Source: Promethearchaeota archaeon (GTDB lineage Archaea > Asgardarchaeota > Thorarchaeia > Thorarchaeales > Thorarchaeaceae). From it: 22,314 nt of DNA. The translations under genes were made by a program, and so were the position numbers. Where the stretch lies: the NCBI GenBank assembly GCA_027031765.1, contig JALVPN010000223.1, positions 1 to 22,314 on the forward strand, written 5' to 3'. The notes below the pieces were generated by a model. It searched no databases, was not told the DNA's origin, and saw only the letters and a list, made by a program, of their open reading frames with translations. Positions 1 through 7,463 of this stretch are shown here, in pieces. Position 1 is the stretch's first letter, and each line of letters opens with the position of its first letter.

Positions 1-992
1 ACATAGATCTCCACAAAGCGTGACCGGCCCTCATACGGGTCGTCCGATGTGAGGTTCCAGAGTTCGTTATCATACAGGAGAAACCTGTCATTCCCGAGGG
101 GTTTCAACGCATGCGCGTGATACCACAGGCTGTCGGTGACACCGCCGGTACGGTTGTAGAGTATGAAGTCCCCAAGCCGGCCACAGGCCCACTCGATGCC
201 CCCGGTCGCCATGTCAATCTTGTAGAATGTGTCAAGATGCCGCGAGTTGAGATACACCACATTATTGTAGAAGTCCCAGTAGATAGTATTGGAGTGTGTC
301 CAGTCAACGCTCAGGGTGGACTCGAACATCGCCCACGTCTCGTTACGCAGACGGTACTCGGCCTCATCGAAGGGGATGTGTTCGTACGCGTGCCACTCCC
401 AGATGAGGATGTCGTTGCGGTCAACCTCGTATATTGCATCGTGGAGGACTGGAGTCCCGTTGTACTCGCCATAGAACTCCCAGGTCAGGAGCAAGAACGT
501 GTCGGTCAACGGGTTGTACTCGATGTCATGGTGCACGCTGTCCACGAACAGAGGTAGGTACTCCGTCCGGTTCGTGTAGATGTCCCACAGTACGAGCTGC
601 TGGGACGGTAGTGGCATCAAGTATGCGAGGGTGGTGGCGTTGATCCACTCGAAGATGTGTACGAAGCCGGGCTCTGAGAAACCATTGACCACGTTGCCGA
701 CCATGTCTACAACCAGCACGTACGTGTACTCTGGGTCGAAGTACTGGTCCCATGCGGTCAGGGCAAGGAGGGTGAGCCCATTGAATGCGCGCCCTGCATC
801 GTAGACTGTCAGGTTCATAGAGTTGCGGACCTCGTCCAGCTGGGTGGGGTCCCAAGGGAGCCCTGTGTCCTGCGTCGCTTCATAGGGTGCTGTCACAACG
901 GGAGTACCGGAGGGCCTCGGGGCTGTGGCTGCCGGCGATAGGAGTACGGCCAGCAGTACAACAGCAACGACTGTCATCATCTCTGTTCTCAT
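1..992 (-). CDS. Secreted arylsulfate sulfotransferase (ASST family), 3' end runs off the window
   Basis: Not in the ORF track; I translated it from ATG at 992, and it is open to position 1. It begins MRTEMMTVVAVVLLAVLLSPAATA (signal peptide). It carries ASST-type motifs in the expected order: VHHDIEY, DWTHSNTIYWD, LNSRHLD, WYHAHAL, LYDNEL. There are seven N-x-S/T sequons in about 330 aa and a GAGGGA RBS 7 nt upstream. Confidence 0.85.
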   Translation of the reverse strand, partial: MRTEMMTVVAVVLLAVLLSPAATAPRPSGTPVVTAPYEATQDTGLPWDPTQLDEVRNSMNLTVYDAGRAFNGLTLLALTAWDQYFDPEYTYVLVVDMVGNVVNGFSEPGFVHIFEWINATTLAYLMPLPSQQLVLWDIYTNRTEYLPLFVDSVHHDIEYNPLTDTFLLLTWEFYGEYNGTPVLHDAIYEVDRNDILIWEWHAYEHIPFDEAEYRLRNETWAMFESTLSVDWTHSNTIYWDFYNNVVYLNSRHLDTFYKIDMATGGIEWACGRLGDFILYNRTGGVTDSLWYHAHALKPLGNDRFLLYDNELWNLTSDDPYEGRSRFVEIY

Positions 993-1341
993 GGCGTTGT
1001 CCCTCGGTATACTCAACAGCATTCGGGAATCCGACTGAAAAGGATTTCCGGTGCGGCCCACCGCAAGATTAGACAACCGTATCCCAGCCCATGCCATCCG
1101 GGCTGCGCGGGGGCCTTCTGAGGGGTGATGTACCGCCTATTACGGCACTGTAGCCATTGGGCCAGAGGTCATGGTGCCCATTGTCACACAGTGCACACCA
1201 TGTGTTGCGGGTGGCCACACAGTGCCGCGTTAGGGCATACTGGACACAACAGCCAACATGGCACACGGCCATTAGCCGTTGCATGCCCGCGGCACCAGTG
1301 GTGTAGCCCACAGACGGTGGCACTCACGAGAGGACGGCGGG

Positions 1342-2691
1342 TCACGAGATACGACGGATCCCGACCTTGCCGATGCAGCGGTACTCGAAACCGAGGTCCT
1401 CAACCGTCTTGCGGTCGAAGACGTTGCGCCCATCGACAATGGTGGGGGTGCGCATCACGTCCCGGATGGCCTCCAGGTCGAGTGAGAAGTACTGTCTGTG
1501 CTTTGTGACCAGTGCGAGGCAGTCAGAACCCCGTGCGGCCTCGACCACATCACGGAGGACCTCGTGCCGGCTGAACTCCCACGTCTGGACATAGGGGTCA
1601 TGGATGCGGACCGTTGCACCCTTTGCCTGCAGGGATGCGATGAGTGTAGCGGCAGGGGTGTTCCGTGTGTCGTCCGAGTCTTCAAGATATGCAACACCGA
1701 GCACAGTGACTGTGGCGTCCTGGACTGAAACACCACGGGCTGCAAGGGCGTTCTCGACCAGGTCGGACATGTGCACAGGCATGTGGTTGTTGATACGCCG
1801 TGCGAGGGAGATGAACTCTGGCTCAATCTTCCAGGTGCCGTACTCGTACAGGCCATAGCGCAGCAGCCATGGGTCCTTGGGGAGGCAGTGCCCACCGACC
1901 CCGGCACCTGGGATGTGCATATGCCTGTCGTCACGAGCGTTCACGAGGTCGATTATCTCATAGATGTTGACCCCGAGGCTCTCACACACCAGTGCCATCT
2001 CATTGGCGAATGCAATGTTGACGTCGCGGTAGGCGTTCTCAATAGTTTTCGCGAGTTCTGCTGTGAGCGTGTCGGTGGTGTATATCTTCTCCTTGACAAT
2101 CTTGGAGTAGAGTTCCACGGCGCGCTCAGTCCCCTTGGGAGTGATGCCACCGACGACCCTTGGCATGTGGACTATGAACTCAAGGAGTCGACCGGGCATG
2201 ACGCGCTCGTAGGAGAAGGCCAGGTCGAAGTCCTCACCGCCCTTCAGACCGGACTCGCGCTCGATTATCCTCTGGACAACGTTCTGGGTGGTACCAGGAG
2301 CCACCGTCGACTCCACAATCACGAGCGCACCCTTCTTTATCCGCTTGCCAATGTTTGCGCTGACCTCTCTCAGGGAGGTGTACTGTGGCATGTTCTGGGC
2401 ATCTGTCGGTGTCTGGACATCAATGAGAATGATATCAGCATCACGCAGTACCTCGGCATCGTCGGTGACGCGGAACGTGCCCTTTTCCACGACCCTCGCA
2501 ATCAGCTCGTCGAGGCCCGGCTCGACCCCCTCAAAGGGCGACCTACCACTGTTGAGGACATCAATCTTCCACCCTGACCGCTTCGACCTCCGCTGGAGAC
2601 CAATCACTTCATGGCCATTGACATCTGCAAGGAGGGCGGCCGCGGGGATGCCGACATATCCCATTCCAATGACAACTATCTTCGTAGACAC
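1342..2691 (-). CDS. Nucleotide-sugar dehydrogenase (UDP-N-acetyl-D-mannosamine/UDP-GlcNAc dehydrogenase, WecC/WbpA family)
   Basis: Rossmann IVVIGMGYVG; DVQTP; ESTVAPGTT; AKTIENAYRDVNIAFANE; catalytic GGHCLPKDP; DGRNVF. GTG start with GAGGGAG upstream. The exact substrate cannot be determined from sequence. Confidence 0.92.
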   Translation of the reverse strand: MSTKIVVIGMGYVGIPAAALLADVNGHEVIGLQRRSKRSGWKIDVLNSGRSPFEGVEPGLDELIARVVEKGTFRVTDDAEVLRDADIILIDVQTPTDAQNMPQYTSLREVSANIGKRIKKGALVIVESTVAPGTTQNVVQRIIERESGLKGGEDFDLAFSYERVMPGRLLEFIVHMPRVVGGITPKGTERAVELYSKIVKEKIYTTDTLTAELAKTIENAYRDVNIAFANEMALVCESLGVNIYEIIDLVNARDDRHMHIPGAGVGGHCLPKDPWLLRYGLYEYGTWKIEPEFISLARRINNHMPVHMSDLVENALAARGVSVQDATVTVLGVAYLEDSDDTRNTPAATLIASLQAKGATVRIHDPYVQTWEFSRHEVLRDVVEAARGSDCLALVTKHRQYFSLDLEAIRDVMRTPTIVDGRNVFDRKTVEDLGFEYRCIGKVGIRRIS

Positions 2692-2868
2692 TGGTGACTC
2701 CCTCTATCATGGTTCTGGTGAAGTGTGCTCGCAGGCCTTGGCGACGCTGAAAAAGCTTGTCATACAAGACCACCTGTGTGCCCCTGGACTGGCAGCCCTG
2801 TACAGGGGGCCCGCCAACACCTACAGGGCACCTGTACTCCGACCACAACCCGGGTACCGTCCCGGCCA

Positions 2869-3981
2869 CTAGAACGGGTACTCCCCAACGGGGTACGTCC
2901 CCGAGACTGGAAAACGGTCTGCCTCTTCGAACACCCCGACTTCAGCCTTTGCAAGCCCGTAGGGCAACCCGACACTCTCGACACCACTGAACAGGTCTTC
3001 GAACACAACATGGTGTTCGGACGGTGGCCTTGGTGGGGTCTCCGTCGACTCGGAGGTGCCAACTGTAAGAGTGAGCGTACCACTGGGAGTGTCTATGACC
3101 AGTCGACCGTCAGTCCCCTCAAGTACGAGCTGCTTCCTCGTGATGCCGGTGCCCTTGCCCACAGTACACTCGGTACTGACCCCGTCGAACTCCATCACCA
3201 AGTGCGCTGCGGTCTCCATGGGGTCAGTGATACCGTCGGGCAATGGCGTGTAGTGGAGCCGCGTGGCAGACCGCAGGCGCAGCTTCTCAGGGCTGAAGGC
3301 CTCAACCCCCAGGTCGAACAGCTTGAACAAAATGGACAGGAAGTGGACTGCAAGGTCACGTACCATACCGGACCTGTAGAGCCACATGCGGCTCGGACGG
3401 ATGGGTCTCGGCTCCAGCAGGTAGAAGGCCACCCGGGTGAGCGGCCCGATCTCGTCGAGGTACCGTGCATGTTCCTGGAGCACTTGCCGGACTGGCGGCT
3501 TGAAGAGGTAGTGGTCAACGAGGCGCAGGCGTGACAGAGCACCCAGGCCCAGTCCCTGTTCGAGCTGGAGCAGGTCCGACAGGCTGTCTGTGAGGGGTTT
3601 CTCCACGAGGACATGTCGCGCACGGGGGAGGAAGAAGTCTATGTAGGCGCAGTGAGTCCTGTTCGGCGTTGAAATATACACAACATCGAAGTGGTCGTCC
3701 GCCATGGCGCGTGTGATGTCCGCTACAAAGGCCTCACGACGGACATGGCAGAACGACAGTGTCAGGTCAATACCACGCTGCTGGGCCTCCGACTGCACCT
3801 GAGCGACCGCCATTTCCTGTGCCGGGTTGATGTCAACGACAACGACCTCCAAGGACTGGGTCTCACCAAGTAGAGGTAGGTCACCGGGGGCGGCATGCTC
3901 CAGTAGTGACATGAATGACGGCAGCACTTTGTAGCGCCCGATGTGCCCATACCCGACGAGACAGACGCGCGCAGTCATCAC
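2869..3981 (-). CDS. Gfo/Idh/MocA-family NAD(P)-dependent oxidoreductase with G6PDH-like features
   Basis: VCLVGYGHIG; VYISTPNRTH; HVLVEKPL; LVDHYLFKP; GMVRDLAVH (Dx3H). Confidence 0.82.
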   Translation of the reverse strand: MMTARVCLVGYGHIGRYKVLPSFMSLLEHAAPGDLPLLGETQSLEVVVVDINPAQEMAVAQVQSEAQQRGIDLTLSFCHVRREAFVADITRAMADDHFDVVYISTPNRTHCAYIDFFLPRARHVLVEKPLTDSLSDLLQLEQGLGLGALSRLRLVDHYLFKPPVRQVLQEHARYLDEIGPLTRVAFYLLEPRPIRPSRMWLYRSGMVRDLAVHFLSILFKLFDLGVEAFSPEKLRLRSATRLHYTPLPDGITDPMETAAHLVMEFDGVSTECTVGKGTGITRKQLVLEGTDGRLVIDTPSGTLTLTVGTSESTETPPRPPSEHHVVFEDLFSGVESVGLPYGLAKAEVGVFEEADRFPVSGTYPVGEYPF

Positions 3982-4146
3982 ACATCATAGAGTGGGTGGA
4001 GCAGGGGTTCAAGAATGCTTCGACTCGTGCCACTTGCACTGGCCGTGTGGGTGCTGTGAGGGCGCAGGGCAGGCCACACAGCCGGGGCGCTACATAGGCA
4101 TATGGCGTCCGGTGTGTCCGTATACCACAGTACTGCTGTCCAGGCC

Positions 4147-5541
4147 CTACCGGACGTACCGGGAGTGGTACATCAAAGTCCAGGCGGTCCACAGCACTGA
4201 TAGGACAATAATCGTATAGATGTGGACAGGCTCCAGTGCCCGGCCCAAGATTATGTCGATGGACGTGAGGACTGCAGTGACGAAGGATATTGCGTTCAGT
4301 ACGAGGAAGAGGACGTTCGAGTGGCGCTGGAAAGCAGTGAGGAGGTAGCTGTCGAGCATCTCAAGTCGTTCCCGTGCCGCATTGTAGAACTCGGGGACGG
4401 AGAGCTGTCGTGCTGCGTCCTCCATCGCAATCCTCCAGACCTCGATGCGCTGGATGCTCGTGTTGATGTACTCCTCAAGGTCCTGGTACAGGGCGCGGCG
4501 CAGGTCGACAATGTGACTCAGCGTGGCCTTGTCGAGGTTCTTGACAAGGTTCAGGAGGTTGTTGTTGATGTCCTTGATAAGGACGAGCTGCAACACCACG
4601 TTGGTGTACAAGACCACGTTGAACACTATGCGTTTGTCGAAGCCGTAGTCGGGCTCACCAGTACATATCTTGATCCCGAGGAAACGGTTACGGAACACGA
4701 ACACTGGGAAGTCGTTCCTCACAGAGATGTTCCGCAGGACCCGCTCCAAGTACTCCGGGGTGCGGGACTTGTGGTAGTCGTAGACCTTGCCATAGTAGCG
4801 GTCGGGCAGGGACACGATGTCGAAGATATGGTTGCGGTACTGTTCGATGAAGTCAGCAGGGAGTCTGACCGGGGTGTGTGTGTCAGGTATGCTCTCTCCT
4901 GTCTGTACACCAGACCCGGCACTGACATCTACTTGGGATGTGGGACTACCAAAGGGGAAGTCCTTCACGAACAGCATCACGAGGTGGTGCTCAATGAGGA
5001 ACGCATCATCGAGCTCGGCCTCCCAGTCAAGCCGTGAAAGGAGGGCCTCAACTCTGGCCTTCACGAACTCAAGCAGGGTCATCTTTCCAGCGTGATCCGG
5101 ACGTACGTGGATCTTGCTCAGGAAACACATGTCAATGATGTCACGTTTCGATACATCAGTCAACCCGGAGAGCCACAGGGTGTACACCCCAATACCGACA
5201 TCAAAGAGGGTAAGGAATGGTCGGGCATGAGCACGGATATCGCCGGTGTCGCGGACGAAAGAAACATCATACTCCTCAAGACCGATACGACAGAACCTCT
5301 TGAGGTCAAGGTATGCGGGGTCAAAGTACTCGATGTCACTGTCGTAGAACAGACGCAGGTATGATGGCAGCCTGTCCGGCTCCGAGACCTCTCGGGGGAT
5401 ATAGTATGACTCTCCAAGGCTGTCCCGTGCGTCACACGTGAGGATACGGTCTAGGCGGTGGCCCCGCCGGGCCACCCCGGTGAGGCTGAACGGGATAAGG
5501 AACACAACACTCAGCTCTGGCACTCTGAACTCGGGACTCAT
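4147..5541 (-). CDS. Hypothetical membrane protein with CorA-like architecture (large soluble N-domain, long helical stalk, two C-terminal TM helices), no GMN motif
   Basis: 464-aa ORF with host-like codon usage and GAGGG RBS. It has N-terminal VFLIPF, LFDVGIGVYTLW, a helical region ending EFYNAARERLEML, then two hydrophobic segments (VLFLVLNAISFVTAVLTSIDIILG; IYTIIVLSVLWTAWTLMY). The CDS is secure; the family call is tentative. Confidence 0.55.
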   Translation of the reverse strand: MSPEFRVPELSVVFLIPFSLTGVARRGHRLDRILTCDARDSLGESYYIPREVSEPDRLPSYLRLFYDSDIEYFDPAYLDLKRFCRIGLEEYDVSFVRDTGDIRAHARPFLTLFDVGIGVYTLWLSGLTDVSKRDIIDMCFLSKIHVRPDHAGKMTLLEFVKARVEALLSRLDWEAELDDAFLIEHHLVMLFVKDFPFGSPTSQVDVSAGSGVQTGESIPDTHTPVRLPADFIEQYRNHIFDIVSLPDRYYGKVYDYHKSRTPEYLERVLRNISVRNDFPVFVFRNRFLGIKICTGEPDYGFDKRIVFNVVLYTNVVLQLVLIKDINNNLLNLVKNLDKATLSHIVDLRRALYQDLEEYINTSIQRIEVWRIAMEDAARQLSVPEFYNAARERLEMLDSYLLTAFQRHSNVLFLVLNAISFVTAVLTSIDIILGRALEPVHIYTIIVLSVLWTAWTLMYHSRYVR

Positions 5542-5806
5542 CAGCCCTCACACTCGTCAGTTCCCGACTACTTGCAACACTGGACAGGGCCATGCGGGAC
5601 ACAGAGCACCATCCTGTAGTGGGCAATGAATCTTTCGGGCTGTGGGCACGATGACAATGTCGCAGGTCGGGTATGTACGGAGAACTCCGGGGCGTCTGCG
5701 ATGATACGCACGCGCACATGAAGAGATAAGTAGTGCCCCTCAAATAGAAACTGCACTTGCACGACATACCATGGGCCGTATCACTGACGGGTCTGACAGG
5801 CATTGG

Positions 5807-5812
5807 TTTATA
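5807..5812 (+). promoter_or_regulatory. Putative archaeal TATA box for pyk
   Basis: TTTATA in a GC-rich context, about 34 nt upstream of ATG 5846 and about 52 nt upstream of GTG 5864. Confidence 0.55.
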
Positions 5813-5845
5813 GCCGGCGACATGGTGCACTCTACTGATACGAAT

Positions 5846-7321
5846 ATGAGCCGCAGGTGCAGAGTGTTCGACCAGAACCGGACGAAGATAGTGTGTACGA
5901 CTGGCCCGGCATCAAGGTCGCGTGAGGTCCTTGAGGCTATGATAGAGGCCGGGATGGATGTCGCGCGGATCAACCTGTCGCATGCTGACCACGCAACTGC
6001 GAAGAAGACACTTGACACCATCAGGTCTATTGATGACACCATACCGGTCCTGTTCGACCTCCAGGGCCCGAAGATACGCATTGGCGAGATGGAAGGGCCG
6101 GTGGAGCTGAAGGCGGGTGACAGGTTCACGCTCTCAATCAAGGACTTTGTGGGTGATGCTACGCGTGCCTCGGTCTCGTACAAGGAGTTACCGCAGGACG
6201 TGTCCCCGGGCAATATGATAGCCATCAATGACGGGATTGTGCGGCTGCGCGTTGAGGAGGTCACGGACGAGGAGGTGGTGACCGTAGTGGTGCAGGGTGG
6301 GCCGATATCGAGCAGGAAGGGTGTCAATGTCCCCGGTATCAGGCTGTCGTGCACCATACCTACCGAGAAGGACATGCGCGACCTCGACCTGGCAGCAGAG
6401 CTCGAGCCGGAGCTGATAGCCATCTCCTTTGTACGCGACCCGGAGGACGTCAGACGGGTGCGTAAAATACTGGACGCCAACGGGCCCTCTGATGCATCAA
6501 TCATCAGCAAGATCGAGCACATGCTGGCGGTAAAGAACTACGACGCCATCCTCAAGGAGTCCCAGGGCGTGATGATAGCGCGTGGTGACCTCGGCATCGA
6601 GGTGCCGATAGAGGACGTGCCCATTCTCCAGAGGCGGCTCATCAGGGAGGCGAACGTGTGGGCCAGACCAACAATCGTGGCGACACACATGCTCGAGTCG
6701 ATGACCCATGAGGCAATCCCCACCCGGGCCGAGGTGAGCGATGTGGCCCACGCCGTGCTCGACAGGGCCGACGCGGTGATGCTCAGTGCTGAGACCGCCA
6801 TGGGACACAACCCGCCGGCAGCAGTGGACATGATGAACCGGATTGTGGGCCGTGCTGAGACCCAGCTCCCATGGGTCAACCCTGACGAGGTGACATCGCC
6901 ACGGAGGATGATTGTTGAGATTGTCGGCCACCTTGTGTACAATGCCGTGTGCCTCAACTCGTCTGTCGAAGGGGTGATAACGGCCACGCGGACAGGGTTC
7001 ACGGCGCGCTGGATCTCGAAGTTCAGACCACCCGCACACATCTTTGCGGTGACACGGAACAGACGGGTGATGCGCCAGCTGAGGCTGCTGTGGGGAGTCC
7101 ACCCGGTGCACTATGACACCGACCTTGAGAATGTCGACGACCTGATACTCGAGGCCGTGAGGGTGGTCTATGAGGAGGGGCTTGTTGACAAGGACTCCGA
7201 CATAGTGTTCACATCAGGCACCCGGCTGATACCCGGCAGGACCAACCTCGTGGGCGTGTTCCACGTCAGAGACCTGATCCGTGGACGGAAGAAGAGACCG
7301 CTGCGACGTGTGCATGGCTAG
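5846..7321 (+). CDS. pyk: Pyruvate kinase, K+-independent type
   Basis: RTKIVCTTGPAS, INLSH, DLQGPKIR, SRKGVN, ISFVR, SKIE, MIARGDLGIE, PTRAEVSDVA, VMLSAETAMG, GRTN. The track start at 5771 lies upstream of the TATA box and is unlikely; ATG 5846 or GTG 5864 (preceded by AGGTG) is more plausible. Confidence 0.97.
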   Translation: MSRRCRVFDQNRTKIVCTTGPASRSREVLEAMIEAGMDVARINLSHADHATAKKTLDTIRSIDDTIPVLFDLQGPKIRIGEMEGPVELKAGDRFTLSIKDFVGDATRASVSYKELPQDVSPGNMIAINDGIVRLRVEEVTDEEVVTVVVQGGPISSRKGVNVPGIRLSCTIPTEKDMRDLDLAAELEPELIAISFVRDPEDVRRVRKILDANGPSDASIISKIEHMLAVKNYDAILKESQGVMIARGDLGIEVPIEDVPILQRRLIREANVWARPTIVATHMLESMTHEAIPTRAEVSDVAHAVLDRADAVMLSAETAMGHNPPAAVDMMNRIVGRAETQLPWVNPDEVTSPRRMIVEIVGHLVYNAVCLNSSVEGVITATRTGFTARWISKFRPPAHIFAVTRNRRVMRQLRLLWGVHPVHYDTDLENVDDLILEAVRVVYEEGLVDKDSDIVFTSGTRLIPGRTNLVGVFHVRDLIRGRKKRPLRRVHG

Positions 7322-7413
7322 TGTGGGCCCGGGGGACAGCAGGAGCCGTGTTGCCGGCCCCGCACCACTGGTGTGGGTAGCACTCCCACGTTTCCGAAGG
7401 GCAGGCCCCAGCC

Positions 7414-7427
7414 CAAAACTGTTTAAT
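7414..7427 (+). promoter_or_regulatory. Putative BRE + TATA box for the first GT-C-like gene
   Basis: CAAAACTGTTTAAT: an A-rich BRE-like element followed by TTTAAT, about 36 nt before GTG 7464. Confidence 0.5.
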
Positions 7428-7463
7428 GTGGGCGGTAGGGAGCACCGCACCGGAGAGTGAACC

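Noticed and set aside
111-855. Track ORFs 111..557, 104..307, 526..855 and 580..804
   Set aside because: All overlap the real minus-strand ASST reading frame (<1..992) in other frames or on the other strand.
1069-1323. Cys/His-rich 84-aa ORF in the 350-bp gap between the ASST and dehydrogenase genes
   Set aside because: No CxxC pattern of a known family, no convincing RBS or TATA, atypical codon usage. It cannot be excluded without expression data.
993-1341. Possible ncRNA, SECIS or tRNA in the longest intergenic gap (small hairpin CAGCCC-n9-GGGCTG at about 1085-1105)
   Set aside because: No cloverleaf, TpsiC motif or C/D boxes. The adjacent genes have no in-frame UGA to recode, and a 6-bp GC stem is expected by chance.
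1771-5037. Long plus-strand ORFs 1771..2577, 2725..3534 and 4222..5037
   Set aside because: They lie opposite well-supported minus-strand genes and have the V/D/H/G-rich composition typical of reverse-frame artefacts.
4147-5541. Calling this region a CRISPR or defence island because of the CorA-like gene
   Set aside because: No repeats-spacers, cas genes, nucleases, cyclases, integrases or compositional anomaly in the window.
5771-5845. N-terminal extension of pyruvate kinase given by the ORF track
   Set aside because: It spans the putative TATA box and precedes the conserved RTKIVCT start; probably not translated.
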